Notes: generated from the sequence alone by a model not told the origin. A DNA stretch of 64,000 nucleotides from Lachnospiraceae bacterium (GCA_963635745.1 CAVHFY010000003.1:8850-72849), one strand, 5' to 3'; shown: positions 47,667 through 58,952, counted from the stretch's first letter. Numbers and translations are program-made.

Positions 47667-49154
47667 CTAGTTAGATGAGAGGATGTCTTTAGGTTTCATT
47701 CGAATGATTCCGATGCTGGCAAGAACTGTTGAAATAAGGGAAATCAAGAGCGCGATACCGCCAAGTTTTGCGATACTAGCTGGTGTTTGTTTGATATTTA
47801 GTTTGTTGAGACTTGTAGAACTATTGTTCATGCCTGGAGCACCGTTGCCACCTTGAGGAGGTTGATTAGTGTTTGTTTTTTGGGTAGAAGATGCTGTCGA
47901 ATTTGTTTGTTCTGCAGGACCTCCGCCTTGTTCAGGTCTAGTTGACGTTTGTGTTGAGCTCGTTTGCTGGCTGACGAGTTGTTGCCCCAGGACGTTTCCG
48001 ACAACGTTTCCTGCAGCAGTCGCTATACCAATCGAAACCAGTGTAAGGACAAATAGTTCAACAAAGAATTGGCTAATAATCTTGAATCGTCCTTCCCCGA
48101 GGCTCATGAGAACACCGATTTCATAGCGCCGCTCACGAACACTTAGGATAACAATTAGCGTTAGAATGATAGCTCCAGCTATTGAAACAAGCCAAACAAT
48201 ATTTTTTGAAATGGCCGCAATGCTATTTAGTGGTTGAAGCATTTGTTGATAGACTTGGTCATTGCCAGTCAATTCATACTTATTGGTATCAATATCTTTT
48301 TTCGCACTAGCAATAAAACTATTTTTCTTAGAAGGGTTTGACAAGGTATAAACAGCCGAATCAACGGTATCACTACTTCCTTTCATAGTATTTGCTGTTG
48401 TCAAGTTGGTGTAAATGTTATTTTGCGGATTGCTAGCTTTATTTTGAAGTTGTGAGGCCGTTACTGTAGCTGTTGAGGTGTAAATACCTACTACTTTGAG
48501 GGTGTAGTTAGTAGTCGTACTATTAACGGTTGTTGTAACTGTAAAACTATCGCCAACAGACAAGTTGTTCGCCTTAGCTAAATCAGACGAGATGACTGCT
48601 TCATTATCAGCTGATGATGCTGTAATGCCTGTACCGCTTTTTAATGTATTTGTGCCATTTGAAAAATCAGATACATTATCTGTTGTATTGACTCCAGTGA
48701 TAGTGAAATCTCCGGATTGCATAGCACCTGGGCCGTTTGGTTGACTATTGTTAGAGCTTGACGTTGAGGATGAGCTAATAGCCGAGATACCACTGGAGGC
48801 TGTCGCTGTGGTTGTCGTAGTGAAGAGATATGATTTAACTCCGGACTTTTCAGCAATTTTTTGAGCTGTCTCTAGGGGAATCGGTGTCATCGTCATAGTC
48901 GGCGGTTCATCGCTACTTGAGTCTGAGGAACTTTTATTAGCTTTCATCTGTTGCATCATATAGTCGCGACTAACTTGCAGGGTTACCGTTGCCCCTGTTT
49001 CTTGCTTAGCGTTTTCAACCGCAGATTTGGCAGCTTTATTAATCGTAAGACCTGCAAGGACAAACGTTAAGATGGCTGAAGTCACTAAAATGAGTAAAAG
49101 CGATTTTCCTTTCTTTGCCCAAGTATATAACCAGGCTCTTTTGAAAAAATTCAT
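47667..49154 (-). CDS. FtsX/MacB-family ABC permease (YclI-like)
   Basis: MNFFKRAW..AKKGK N-terminal TM, large Ser/Thr-rich extracellular domain, RERRYEIGVLMSLGE, C-terminal P..IL. Start ATG 49154 after AAGGAG. Confidence 0.88.
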   Translation of the reverse strand: MNFFKRAWLYTWAKKGKSLLLILVTSAILTFVLAGLTINKAAKSAVENAKQETGATVTLQVSRDYMMQQMKANKSSSDSSSDEPPTMTMTPIPLETAQKIAEKSGVKSYLFTTTTTATASSGISAISSSSTSSSNNSQPNGPGAMQSGDFTITGVNTTDNVSDFSNGTNTLKSGTGITASSADNEAVISSDLAKANNLSVGDSFTVTTTVNSTTTNYTLKVVGIYTSTATVTASQLQNKASNPQNNIYTNLTTANTMKGSSDTVDSAVYTLSNPSKKNSFIASAKKDIDTNKYELTGNDQVYQQMLQPLNSIAAISKNIVWLVSIAGAIILTLIVILSVRERRYEIGVLMSLGEGRFKIISQFFVELFVLTLVSIGIATAAGNVVGNVLGQQLVSQQTSSTQTSTRPEQGGGPAEQTNSTASSTQKTNTNQPPQGGNGAPGMNNSSTSLNKLNIKQTPASIAKLGGIALLISLISTVLASIGIIRMKPKDILSSN

Positions 49155-49334
49155 AATAAGGCTCCTTTTATTATTGTTTAGGCATAATATACAATGAAAT
49201 ACTTGCAAAAACCTATAATTTATACAAAATAAATCTTAAAGTAGCAAGGTGACGAGCTTAAAGTAGTTTAGTAAATATGATATAATAGTAAAACTTTAGA
49301 TGAAGAAATTGAGTGTCTGATAGGGAGAAAAACT

Positions 49335-51290
49335 ATGGCAAAAATTATTGAGTTACCCGAAGTTTTAGCCAATCAAATTGCTGCTGGCGAGGTGATTGAA
49401 CGACCTGCCAGTGTTGTTAAGGAATTAGTCGAAAACGCTATTGATGCGAAGAGTCAAGTGATTCGTGTTGAGATTGAGGAATCTGGTTTAAAGAGCATTT
49501 GTGTCAGTGATGATGGTAATGGCATGGGAGAAGCAGATGTAGCTTTGTCGATAAAGCGTCATGCCACGAGTAAGATTTCTAAGCAAGCAGATCTTTTTCG
49601 CATTCGTACTCTAGGTTTTCGCGGAGAAGCTCTGCCCTCGATTGCTTCAGTTAGCCAATTGACCATAACAACAAGAGAAAGCGGAGCCCCTTCAGGAACC
49701 CAATTGGTAGCTGAAGGGGGAAATATTGCGTCGCTTGTCCCTATTGCAGCCAAACCTGGTACAAGAATTGTCGTCGAAAATCTCTTTTTTAATACACCTG
49801 CGCGTTTGAAATATATGAAAAGTTTACAGGCGGAGTTAGGACATATTATTGATGTTTTAAACCGTCAGAGTTTGGCTCATCCCGAGATTGCATTTAGCTT
49901 AATCAACGACGGTCGTGAAGTTTTAAAAACAAATGGTAATGGAAAACTTCGAGAGACACTAGCTGGAGTTTACGGTATCAATACAGCAAAGAAAATGATT
50001 TCTGTAGAAGCCCAGGATTTAGATTTTGAGGTTTCAGGTTATGTTAGCTTGCCGGAACTGACACGTGCCAATCGAAATTATATTACTTTAATTATCAATG
50101 GGCGTTATGTTAAAAATTTTTTGCTCAATCGTGCCATTCTAAACGGTTACGGTAGCAAGCTAATGGTGGGTCGTTTTCCAATTGCAGTTTTGTCTATTAA
50201 GATAGACCCTTATTTGGCCGATGTAAATGTTCATCCAACTAAGCAAGAAGTGCGTTTGTCCAAGGAAAAAGAACTAATGGGGCTCATCGAATCTGCCATA
50301 CAGGAGGCATTGTCAGAACAAGAACTTATTCCAGATGCCTTGGATAATTTAAATCAAACACGTCAACGAACAGAGCAAAGACCTGAGCAGATGACTTTTT
50401 CTTTGCCGACAGGTACAGTGAGAGGAGAAGATTACTCCCCTGATTTAAGCGCTTCTACAGACCTGCCTGACTTCTCACAAAATATTGTTGATGAAAAACT
50501 GTCTTCGCATTTGGTATACAAGACGAACACTGATAATTCTTCGGCAGTTAAAACAGCTAAACGCAGTGACGTCATAGTGGATCAAGAGCACCCAGATTTG
50601 ACTTTAAGGTCGCATAAGGAACGGCAAAAGGTTGACAAGATTGTCAAACGGTTGGAACAGGAAGAAAACCAAACTTTTCCAGAACTGGAATATTTCGGTC
50701 AAATGCATGGTACCTACCTTTTTGCTCAGGGGAAAGGAGGCTTGTACATTATTGATCAACACGCTGCACAAGAGCGAGTCAAGTATGAGTATTATCGCGA
50801 AAAAATCGGAGAAGTTGACAGTTCTTTACAACAACTCTTGGTTCCATACCTGTTTGAGTTTTCGAAATCAGATTATTTAACACTTCTTGAAAGGCAAAAC
50901 ACTTTAAAAGAAATCGGTATTCACTTAGAGCCATATGGAGACAATACTTTCATCTTACGAGAACATCCGATCTGGTTAACAGAAGATGAGATTGAATCAG
51001 GGATATACGAGATGTGTGATATGCTTCTTTTAACGAACCAGGTTTCTATTAAGCGTTACCGGGCAGAGTTAGCTATTATGATGTCGTGTAAACGTAGCAT
51101 AAAGGCCAATCATCGTTTGGATGAGACATCGGCGCGTGATCTATTGAGACAACTAGCCCATTGCCACAATCCCTATAATTGTCCACATGGTCGACCAGTC
51201 TTAGTACATTTTTCAACATCAGATATGGAAAAAATGTTTCGGCGGATTCAAGAGAATCATACTAGCCTTCGGGAGTTAGGAAAATACTAG
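49335..51290 (+). CDS. mutL: DNA mismatch repair protein MutL (HexB)
   Basis: [44 protein letters not shown]. Own extended -10 TGaTATAAT at 49278-49286. Confidence 0.99.
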   Translation: MAKIIELPEVLANQIAAGEVIERPASVVKELVENAIDAKSQVIRVEIEESGLKSICVSDDGNGMGEADVALSIKRHATSKISKQADLFRIRTLGFRGEALPSIASVSQLTITTRESGAPSGTQLVAEGGNIASLVPIAAKPGTRIVVENLFFNTPARLKYMKSLQAELGHIIDVLNRQSLAHPEIAFSLINDGREVLKTNGNGKLRETLAGVYGINTAKKMISVEAQDLDFEVSGYVSLPELTRANRNYITLIINGRYVKNFLLNRAILNGYGSKLMVGRFPIAVLSIKIDPYLADVNVHPTKQEVRLSKEKELMGLIESAIQEALSEQELIPDALDNLNQTRQRTEQRPEQMTFSLPTGTVRGEDYSPDLSASTDLPDFSQNIVDEKLSSHLVYKTNTDNSSAVKTAKRSDVIVDQEHPDLTLRSHKERQKVDKIVKRLEQEENQTFPELEYFGQMHGTYLFAQGKGGLYIIDQHAAQERVKYEYYREKIGEVDSSLQQLLVPYLFEFSKSDYLTLLERQNTLKEIGIHLEPYGDNTFILREHPIWLTEDEIESGIYEMCDMLLLTNQVSIKRYRAELAIMMSCKRSIKANHRLDETSARDLLRQLAHCHNPYNCPHGRPVLVHFSTSDMEKMFRRIQENHTSLRELGKY

Positions 51291-51430
51291 TAAACGATTG
51301 TATCTGCGACGAGTTCAAGTTGCGTCAGAAAATAGGAATTACCACGGCTTATGATGAGTGCCGATAGTCTATGGAATCAGAAGTATTGTGGTATACTAAT
51401 GGCGAAAGAAAGTAAATCAGAAAGGGACTT

Positions 51431-52024
51431 ATGTACGAATATATTACTGGTGTCCTCACCAAAATTACCTCTAAGTATGTCGTTGTGGAAACTGGAGGAA
51501 TCGGTTATATCTTGCATGTGGCAAACCCTTATACCTATTCGTCTCGAGTTGGACAGGAAATAAAAGTTTATTTACATCAGGTTGTTCGTGAGGATGCGCA
51601 ACTTTTATATGGCTTTTTAACAGAAGAAGAAAAAGAACTCTTCTTAAATCTGATCTCGGTTTCGGGAATCGGGCCTGTTTCGGCTCTTGCCATTATCGCT
51701 TGTGATGATAATGTCGGCCTGATGAAGGCAATTGAAGGCAAAAATATTACTTACCTAACAAAATTTCCTAAAATTGGGAAAAAGACAGCTCAGCAGATGG
51801 TATTAGATTTGGAAGGAAAAATTTCAGTGACATCCGAGGATAGTCCAATCCAATCATTACCATCAACTAAACTTGAAAATCAGGCTTTAGAGGAAGCGAT
51901 GGAAGCGATGCTTGCACTAGGTTATAAGGCAACAGAATTGAAGAAAATTAAAAAATTCTTTGAGGGTACTTCTGATACAGCAGAAAATTATATTAAATCT
52001 GCCTTGAAGATGTTGGTTAAATAG
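51431..52024 (+). CDS. ruvA: Holliday junction branch migration protein RuvA
   Basis: [27 protein letters not shown]. Confidence 0.98.
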   Translation: MYEYITGVLTKITSKYVVVETGGIGYILHVANPYTYSSRVGQEIKVYLHQVVREDAQLLYGFLTEEEKELFLNLISVSGIGPVSALAIIACDDNVGLMKAIEGKNITYLTKFPKIGKKTAQQMVLDLEGKISVTSEDSPIQSLPSTKLENQALEEAMEAMLALGYKATELKKIKKFFEGTSDTAENYIKSALKMLVK

Positions 52025-52032
52025 GAGCAACC

Positions 52033-52596
52033 ATGATACAACGATGTTCTTGGGTAAAGTTATCGAACCCCCTCTATGTGGCTTATCACGACAATGAGTG
52101 GGGGCGACCGCTACATGATGATCGGTCTCTCTTTGAGCTACTTTGTTTGGAGACCTATCAAGCAGGTTTATCTTGGGAGACGGTCCTCAATAAACGTCAG
52201 GCATTTCGTCAAGCTTTTTTTCACTATGATATAGCACGTGTGGCTCAGATGACAGACCAACAGTTGGAGGCGCTACTGGATAATGTGGCTATTATTCGTC
52301 ATCGGGCCAAACTGTTTGCGACACGGCAAAATGCTCAAGCAGCTCTAAAGGTACAAAAACAGTTCAGTAGCTTAGATCGCTTTTTTTGGAGTTTCGTGGA
52401 AGGGCAACAACAGGTTCATCACGTTGTAAAAAGTAGTGATCTTCCAAATAAGACGGACCTATCAGAAAAACTATCAAAAACACTGAAACAATTAGGCTTC
52501 ACTTTCACGGGACCTGTAGCTATGCAATCGTTTCTTCAAAGCGCTGGGTTGGTAAACGACCACGAGGAGACTTGTTCCTTTAAATGCTGTCAATAG
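52033..52596 (+). CDS. tag: DNA-3-methyladenine glycosylase I
   Basis: RC.W, YHDNEWG, LE..QAGLSW, G.VNDH..C. Confidence 0.96.
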   Translation: MIQRCSWVKLSNPLYVAYHDNEWGRPLHDDRSLFELLCLETYQAGLSWETVLNKRQAFRQAFFHYDIARVAQMTDQQLEALLDNVAIIRHRAKLFATRQNAQAALKVQKQFSSLDRFFWSFVEGQQQVHHVVKSSDLPNKTDLSEKLSKTLKQLGFTFTGPVAMQSFLQSAGLVNDHEETCSFKCCQ

Positions 52597-52618
52597 TTGT
52601 GTAACTTATAGAAATCAA

Positions 52619-52626
52619 TACGAATA
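52619..52626 (+). promoter_or_regulatory. ComX/SigX cin-box promoter of cinA-recA
   Basis: Exact TACGAATA 21 nt before the cinA ATG, followed by a GGGAGG RBS. Confidence 0.85.
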
Positions 52627-52647
52627 AATTGATGGGAGGATAGAAAG

Positions 52648-53901
52648 ATGCGAACTGAGATTATTGCAGTTGGAACAGAATTATTAACGGGACAAATTGT
52701 AAATAGTAATGCGCAATTCATATCTAAAAAATTAGCGGAGATTGGTGTCGATGTCTATTATCATACAACTGTCGGAGACAATCCGATACGATTACTAGAC
52801 GTCTTTCAAAAAGCTCAGGAACGTAGTGATCTGGTGATTGTATCAGGCGGATTAGGGCCCACTGAGGATGATTTAACCAAGCAAACCATTGCGCAAGCTT
52901 TAGGTGTGTCTCTTGCAACAGATACAGATGCCATGACAAAAATTAATCAACGTTTTGTCCATCTTGGCCGTCCCAAGACTGCAAATAATGACCGTCAGGC
53001 ACTTTATTTGGCTGGAGGAATACCCTTGCCAAATCGAACGGGCCTAGCAATCGGTTCCTACTTACAACAAGGCGATAAGACTTATGTTTTATTACCTGGG
53101 CCTCCCAGTGAATTGAAACCAATGGTGACCGAACAACTATTGCCACTTTTGGCGCAAGGAAAACAACTGTATTCTCGTGTACTTCGTTTTGTAGGTATTG
53201 GCGAGAGCTTGCTGACAACTCTTTTGGCAGACCTCATCACGCAGCAGACTGATCCTACGATTGCACCCTATGCTAAGACTGGGGAAGTCACGCTACGATT
53301 GTCAACTAAAGCAAGGAATGTTCAAGAAGCCAAGGGGCGTTTAGATCAGTTAGAGGCAAGCATTTTAAGTAAAGATCCTCAAATTCATCAAGCTTTTTAT
53401 GGTTATGGGGATAACAATTCACTGGTTCAGGTAGTAGTTGAAGCCCTTAAGGAAGCGAAGTTAACGGTGACTGCAGCTGAAAGCTTAACAGCTGGTTTAT
53501 TTCAAGCAACGGTTGCCTCTGTAAGTGGCGCTTCAGAAGTTTTTCCGGGCGGATTTGTGACCTATAGTCTGGAACAAAAAGCACAGATGTTAGATATTCC
53601 GACGTCTGATCTTGAAAAATACGGTGTTGTGAGTGCGTATACAGCAGAACGGATGGCCAGTCAAGCTCGCCTAAAGACTGGTGCTTCAATTGGGATTGGT
53701 TTGACAGGTGTGGCAGGACCTCATTCTTTGGAAGGAAATGAGGTTGGAACGGTCTACTTGGGCTTAGCAACAGAACGCGGTGTCTATTCTCGCTTGTTAC
53801 AGCTGGGTGACCGTTCACGACAAGATATTCGTGAAATTTCTGTTTTAACTGCCCTTGATTGGATCCGTCAGGACTTGAACAATTCCAAAAATATAGTATA
53901 A
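52648..53901 (+). CDS. cinA: Competence/damage-inducible protein A
   Basis: [38 protein letters not shown]. Confidence 0.97.
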   Translation: MRTEIIAVGTELLTGQIVNSNAQFISKKLAEIGVDVYYHTTVGDNPIRLLDVFQKAQERSDLVIVSGGLGPTEDDLTKQTIAQALGVSLATDTDAMTKINQRFVHLGRPKTANNDRQALYLAGGIPLPNRTGLAIGSYLQQGDKTYVLLPGPPSELKPMVTEQLLPLLAQGKQLYSRVLRFVGIGESLLTTLLADLITQQTDPTIAPYAKTGEVTLRLSTKARNVQEAKGRLDQLEASILSKDPQIHQAFYGYGDNNSLVQVVVEALKEAKLTVTAAESLTAGLFQATVASVSGASEVFPGGFVTYSLEQKAQMLDIPTSDLEKYGVVSAYTAERMASQARLKTGASIGIGLTGVAGPHSLEGNEVGTVYLGLATERGVYSRLLQLGDRSRQDIREISVLTALDWIRQDLNNSKNIV

Positions 53902-53943
53902 TAACTATAGTGTTTCGTTAGTATTTAGTAAAAGGAGAAGAAT

Positions 53944-55092
53944 TTGGCGAAAAAAGCAAAGAAAACAGAAGAAATCACAAAAAAATTTGGTGAAGAGCGT
54001 CAAAAAGCCCTAGATATGGCTCTCAAAAATATTGAGAAGGATTTTGGTAAAGGTGCCATTATGAAATTGGGGGAACGAGCAGAGCAGAAGGTGCAAGTAA
54101 TGAGTTCCGGCTCTCTTGCTTTGGATATTGCTCTTGGCGCCGGTGGCTATCCCAAGGGACGCATCATTGAAATCTACGGCCCTGAAAGCTCAGGTAAGAC
54201 AACTGTCGCTTTGCATGCTGTCGCTCAAGCACAAAAAGATGGCGGGATTGCTGCATTTATAGACGCAGAACACGCTTTAGATCCAGCTTATGCAGCGGCG
54301 CTTGGAGTAAATATTGATGAACTTCTTTTATCTCAACCTGATTCCGGTGAACAAGGGCTAGAAATCGCTGCTGAGTTGATTGATTCAGGTGCCGTTGATT
54401 TGGTTGTTGTTGACTCAGTTGCAGCCCTAGTCCCTCGTGCTGAAATTGATGGTGATATTGGAGATAGCCATGTTGGCTTGCAAGCTCGTATGATGAGTCA
54501 GGCAATGCGTAAACTATCTGCCTCTATTAATAAAACTAAAACAATTGCAATCTTCATTAACCAATTGCGTGAGAAGGTTGGGGTTATGTTTGGTAATCCA
54601 GAAACAACTCCTGGTGGGCGCGCATTAAAATTCTATGCCTCTGTTCGTATGGATGTTCGTGGTAATACACAAATCAAGGGAACTGGAGACCAAAAAGATA
54701 GCAATGTTGGTAAGGAAACCAAGATTAAAGTTGTCAAAAACAAAGTAGCGCCACCATTTAAGGTTGCTGAAGTTGAAATCATGTACGGTGAAGGTATTTC
54801 ACGTACAGGAGAGCTTTTAAAAATTGCAACGAACTTAGATATTATCAAAAAGGCGGGTGCCTGGTATTCCTACAATGGCGATAAAATAGGCCAAGGTTCC
54901 GAGAATGCTAAGAAGTTTCTAGCTGATAATCCAGAAATTTTTGATGAAATTGATCATCAGGTGAGGGTGGCATACGGTTTAATTGAAGACGAAAAAGAGA
55001 CAGTAACAGAATCTCATGTCTCAAATGAACCAGATGTTACTACTGATGATGTCGTTTTAGACTTGGATGACACTATTGAAATTGAAGAATAA
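53944..55092 (+). CDS. recA: Recombinase A
   Basis: [40 protein letters not shown] start after AAGGAG. Confidence 0.99.
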   Translation: MAKKAKKTEEITKKFGEERQKALDMALKNIEKDFGKGAIMKLGERAEQKVQVMSSGSLALDIALGAGGYPKGRIIEIYGPESSGKTTVALHAVAQAQKDGGIAAFIDAEHALDPAYAAALGVNIDELLLSQPDSGEQGLEIAAELIDSGAVDLVVVDSVAALVPRAEIDGDIGDSHVGLQARMMSQAMRKLSASINKTKTIAIFINQLREKVGVMFGNPETTPGGRALKFYASVRMDVRGNTQIKGTGDQKDSNVGKETKIKVVKNKVAPPFKVAEVEIMYGEGISRTGELLKIATNLDIIKKAGAWYSYNGDKIGQGSENAKKFLADNPEIFDEIDHQVRVAYGLIEDEKETVTESHVSNEPDVTTDDVVLDLDDTIEIEE

Positions 55093-55156
55093 GTTAATGA
55101 AAACGAATTCTTTAAGAAAAAATTAGGAAAATAAACTTTTTATTTGACAAAATAAG

Positions 55157-55185
55157 AAATAGGTCCTAAGACCTATTTTCTTTTT
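55157..55185 (+). terminator. Inverted repeat after recA and upstream of spxA2 (terminator and/or regulator site)
   Basis: AAATAGGTC-ctaa-GACCTATTT followed by TCTTTTT; spx -10 TGtTAAAAT at 55196-55204. Confidence 0.65.
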
Positions 55186-55235
55186 GGTCTAGACGTGTTA
55201 AAATAATAGCATCAGTGATAGAAAGCGAGAAAATC

Positions 55236-55634
55236 ATGATTAAAATTTATACGATTTCAAGCTGTACCAGCTGTAAAAAAGCAAAAACATGGTTGAACAA
55301 ACATCAACTGCCTTATAAAGAACAAAACCTAGGAAAGGAACCTCTTACTCGTGAAGAGATTTTGGACATTCTTTCCAAAACTGAAAACGGGGTCGAAAGT
55401 ATCGTTTCTTCTAAGAATCGTTACGCTAAAGCCTTGAAGTGTGATATTAATGAACTGAGCGTTAGTGAAGTAATCACTATCATCAAAGAGAATCCTCGCA
55501 TTCTAAAGAGTCCCATTCTGATAGATGATAAGCGTCTACAAGTTGGGTATAAAGAGGACGATATTCGTGCCTTTTTGCCACGTTCTATCCGAAATGTGGA
55601 AAACGCAGAAGCGCGGATGCGAGCTGCTTTGTAA
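55236..55634 (+). CDS. spxA2: Transcriptional regulator Spx (SpxA2)
   Basis: SCTSCKKA, ILKSPIL (SPI variant typical of SpxA2), VGYKEDDIRAFLPR; follows recA. Confidence 0.93.
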   Translation: MIKIYTISSCTSCKKAKTWLNKHQLPYKEQNLGKEPLTREEILDILSKTENGVESIVSSKNRYAKALKCDINELSVSEVITIIKENPRILKSPILIDDKRLQVGYKEDDIRAFLPRSIRNVENAEARMRAAL

Positions 55635-55790
55635 GTCATTGATAAAGTTCAAAGACACCTCTTTAGTCATTAGCTAGACTTTTGACAATAGGAGTTTTTG
55701 GGCTTTTTACATTGGCCAAAGCAGATGGTTGATAAAAGCCAGTAAATAGGATATACTACTGACTAAGAAACAAGAAAAAGAGGGTAAGTT

Positions 55791-56060
55791 ATGGGATTTA
55801 CTGACGAAACTGTTCGTTTTAATTTAGACGATAACAATAAAAAAGAGATTAGCGAAACCCTAACAACTGTTTATCGCTCACTCGAAGAAAAGGGTTACAA
55901 CCCAATCAATCAAATCGTAGGTTATGTGCTAAGTGGAGACCCTGCCTATATTCCCCGTTATAATGATGCGCGTAATCAGATTAGAAAATATGAACGAGAT
56001 GAATTAGTGGAAGAATTAGTCCGTTTTTATCTCAAAGGTCATGGAGTTGATTTTCGATGA
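55791..56060 (+). CDS. ireB: IreB/ReoM family regulatory phosphoprotein
   Basis: [28 protein letters not shown]. Confidence 0.95.
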   Translation: MGFTDETVRFNLDDNNKKEISETLTTVYRSLEEKGYNPINQIVGYVLSGDPAYIPRYNDARNQIRKYERDELVEELVRFYLKGHGVDFR

Positions 56061-56476
56061 GGATCTTAGGTTTGGATGTTGGATCTAAGACTGTTGGAGT
56101 GGCGGTCAGTGATCCTCTGGGTTTCACAGCTCAAGGTGTTGAAATTATCGCTATAGATGAAGCTACTGACGAGTTTGGATTAGAGCGTTTAAGTGAGCTA
56201 ATTACCCACTATAAACCTGAAAAGATTGTGATAGGGCTACCTAAAAACATGAACAATACGAGTGGTCCGCGTGTAGAAGCAAGTCAGGCATATGGAGAAA
56301 AAGTAGCTGAACGCTTTGGGTTACCGGTGGCCTACCAAGATGAACGATTAACGACTGTTCAAGCCGAGAGAATGCTAGTCGAACAAGCAGATATCAGTCG
56401 TAGTAAGAGAAAAAAGGTTATTGACAAATTAGCGGCACAGTTAATTTTACAGAACTACTTAGATAGTCATTTTTAA
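56057..56476 (+). CDS. ruvX: Holliday junction resolvase-like / pre-16S rRNA nuclease YqgF
   Basis: [37 protein letters not shown]. Confidence 0.96.
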   Translation: MRILGLDVGSKTVGVAVSDPLGFTAQGVEIIAIDEATDEFGLERLSELITHYKPEKIVIGLPKNMNNTSGPRVEASQAYGEKVAERFGLPVAYQDERLTTVQAERMLVEQADISRSKRKKVIDKLAAQLILQNYLDSHF

Positions 56477-56486
56477 AGGAGGGTGT

Positions 56487-56798
56487 ATGGCACACGAACA
56501 CAATCATAATCATGAGCATAAGCACGAAGTTATCACATTGGTTGATGACCAAGGGAACGAAACTTTATTTGAAATCCTTCTGACCATTGATGGTCGTGAA
56601 GAATTTGGTAAAAATTATGTTCTTTTAGTCCCTGCTGGAGCTGAAGAGGATGAAAACGGCCAAATCGAGATTCAAGCTTATTCATTCACTGAAAGTGAAG
56701 ATGGAACTGAAGGGGACTTACAACCTATCCCGGAAGATTCTGATAAGGAATGGGATATGATTGAAGAAGTTTTCAATAGCTTTTTAGACGAAGAATGA
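56487..56798 (+). CDS. DUF1292 family acidic protein
   Basis: His-rich N-terminus, [28 protein letters not shown]. Confidence 0.92.
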   Translation: MAHEHNHNHEHKHEVITLVDDQGNETLFEILLTIDGREEFGKNYVLLVPAGAEEDENGQIEIQAYSFTESEDGTEGDLQPIPEDSDKEWDMIEEVFNSFLDEE

Positions 56799-56817
56799 AA
56801 ACCAGTTAACAATAGGG

Positions 56818-56847
56818 AAGTCTGAGATAAAGATCTCAGACTTTTTT
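56818..56847 (+). terminator. Intrinsic terminator of the ireB operon
   Basis: AAGTCTGAGAT-aaag-ATCTCAGACTT-TTTT. Confidence 0.85.
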
Positions 56848-57027
56848 GCTTGCTTTAACCGTTTGAAGCTGGGTCTCTATTGAGTACTTTTTTGGAATTC
56901 TTTTAATGATCGTTTGCGATCAAGGAATAGTAATTGGATGCGTATAGGATTTAAAACCCTAATTTTTTTGACACAGTCTATTGCTATCAGCCTTTTTCGA
57001 ATAAATAAGAGAAGGGAGGTATCTACG

Positions 57028-57153
57028 ATAACAAAGAAAACCTTGACTCCAAATGAAAAGAAGTTTTTAGAAGATTATCAGTCGAAAAAGACGCACTGCT
57101 TTCGCGATATCTTACGCTATTGTGAATTGCGAAAGAAATTGACTAATAGCTAA
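57028..57153 (+). CDS. Putative 41-aa basic small protein with non-canonical start
   Basis: Strong RBS AAGGGAGGT (57012-57020) followed in frame by ACG (57025) and ATA (57028), with no in-frame ATG/GTG/TTG at normal RBS spacing. Product (M)TKKTLTPNEKKFLEDYQSKKTHCFRDILRYCELRKKLTNS. Confidence 0.55.
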   Translation: MTKKTLTPNEKKFLEDYQSKKTHCFRDILRYCELRKKLTNS

Positions 57154-57194
57154 AATCTGTTATACTTGATAGGAATATATCAAGGAGTAACCGC

Positions 57195-58952
57195 GTGAAA
57201 GAAGATCAAAATAACATTGAGGTGGGTTCCCAGCCGTCGAGAGGACAATACAGCCGTGTTAGTCGACTAGAAAACGCGACAAGTAAGGTCCATCCGGCAA
57301 AAGAAGCTCGAGAGCGATTGCGCTTACCCAAAGAAGAAGCATCATCTGATGTTGAGCAAAAGGTCACAGAAAAGAAACACCAGCAAGGGCACAAGCTTAA
57401 AAAGGCCCATAAGCATAAGGTAGCAGAAACTAAGGCAAAAAAAGTATCGAATCGCAAACAAGCGGTGCCGAATCGGTTGATGACGAGCAAAAAGGTTTCT
57501 GTTTTAAGACGACATCGTCTCTTCTTGGCGATTTGTAGTCTATTTTTATCTGTATTGACGGTTTCAATGCCGTATATGACTAACCTTGCGAATGGATTTC
57601 AATCGCAAAGTCTTTATACAGGCTATCTATTTGCAAATGGATCGCTACCGTATACGGATGTTTTCTCAACTGGTGGATTTTTCTATTATGTCATTATTGC
57701 TGTATCCTATGTTTTAGGGTCTAGCATATGGCTCATTTTTGTTCACTTTCTAGCTTTTTATGTGGCAGGATTTTACTTGTATAAAATCGTTGCCCATATG
57801 ACTGGGCGACGTGATGCTGCAGTCAGCTTGTCATTAATTTATTACCTCTTAAATCTCGGTCTTGGTTTTGGAGGTCTATACCCAATCCAGTGGGCAATGC
57901 CATTTGTACTTTTAGGCATTTGGTTCTTAACTAAGTACTTCTCGGGTATGACCAAAGATGAAGCATTTATTTTGTATGGTTTTGTTTCCGTCTTTGCCTT
58001 CATGATTGAGCCTCGTACAGTTATTTTTTGGATAATTTCTTTCGTTGGTATTTTAGTCTACAATATCGCTAACCATCATTTTGCACGAGGATTTTATCAA
58101 TTACTAGCTATTGTATTTGGAGCGATTCTGGTCTTTTACACCGCTGCTTATTTTATCTTAAACCTTCAAATTTTGGGTAATTATGTCTATCAAGCGGGTA
58201 GTTATCTGCTGGGGCATTTTGCCATAGGTAATGAGAATCTATTCTTAACAGTAGTGTATCAGCTGTTTGTTGCAACCGCATCGGGATTGCTGATTGGTCT
58301 AACGGCTCTGTCTAAACATAGTGCTTATGCTTCGCGAGATCGAGTGATAAAATTAATTCTGGTTTTGACGCTTGGTGTCACTTTAGTGGTAGCCCTATTT
58401 ACTCAAACTTTCCAGATCTATGATCTTTTATTACCGTTACCTTATGGTTTAATATTGGCAGCTGTTGTGGTGACCAATTCAGATGAGGTTAACGAGGAAA
58501 CGATGACAGGACGCGAGAGCGCCTTCACGGTATTCTTAGCGAAACACTTTTATCTGCCTTATGTGGTTGTACTTCTTGGAGTACTCTGTCCTCTAGTAAC
58601 GGGAGTTTTCCAGATTGCTACTGTAAAAGAGCGGGCGACAGTCTCTGGTTTTGTATCGAAAAACACGTCAAAATCTGATAGCATCTATGTTTGGGACAAT
58701 TCGGCGATGATTTATCTAAAGAGTCAGCGCAAAACGGCTTCACAAATTGTGTTGCCAAGTGTGAATGCGGCATCTGAAGTGAATCAAAAATTATTGTCAG
58801 ATGAACTCTTGCAAAACAATGCTAAATATGTCATCGTAAATAACAGTCAAAAATTACCTAGTGCAGTAAGTACGGATTTGACGAGTAATTATGATATCGT
58901 TACAGTTGATAATGTGAGTCATTTCACGGTCTATCAGAAAAAAACTTCGTAA
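57195..58952 (+). CDS. Multi-pass membrane protein, probable GT-C-like glycosyltransferase (DUF2079-type), with a long basic cytoplasmic N-tail
   Basis: GTG start after AAGGAG; G.LPY.D.F..GG..YY motif, many TM helices, C-terminal IYVWD domain; conserved position upstream of nrdD. Confidence 0.75.
   Translation: MKEDQNNIEVGSQPSRGQYSRVSRLENATSKVHPAKEARERLRLPKEEASSDVEQKVTEKKHQQGHKLKKAHKHKVAETKAKKVSNRKQAVPNRLMTSKKVSVLRRHRLFLAICSLFLSVLTVSMPYMTNLANGFQSQSLYTGYLFANGSLPYTDVFSTGGFFYYVIIAVSYVLGSSIWLIFVHFLAFYVAGFYLYKIVAHMTGRRDAAVSLSLIYYLLNLGLGFGGLYPIQWAMPFVLLGIWFLTKYFSGMTKDEAFILYGFVSVFAFMIEPRTVIFWIISFVGILVYNIANHHFARGFYQLLAIVFGAILVFYTAAYFILNLQILGNYVYQAGSYLLGHFAIGNENLFLTVVYQLFVATASGLLIGLTALSKHSAYASRDRVIKLILVLTLGVTLVVALFTQTFQIYDLLLPLPYGLILAAVVVTNSDEVNEETMTGRESAFTVFLAKHFYLPYVVVLLGVLCPLVTGVFQIATVKERATVSGFVSKNTSKSDSIYVWDNSAMIYLKSQRKTASQIVLPSVNAASEVNQKLLSDELLQNNAKYVIVNNSQKLPSAVSTDLTSNYDIVTVDNVSHFTVYQKKTS

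Noticed and set aside
51434..51441. Exact cin-box TACGAATA at the start of ruvA
   Set aside because: It lies in codons 2-4 (Tyr-Glu-Tyr) and has no T-rich upstream tract or nearby downstream start, so coding sequence explains it.
56798..56809. AAAACCAGTTAA resembling an AdcR site
   Set aside because: Two mismatches, and it lies between a stop codon and a terminator rather than at a promoter.
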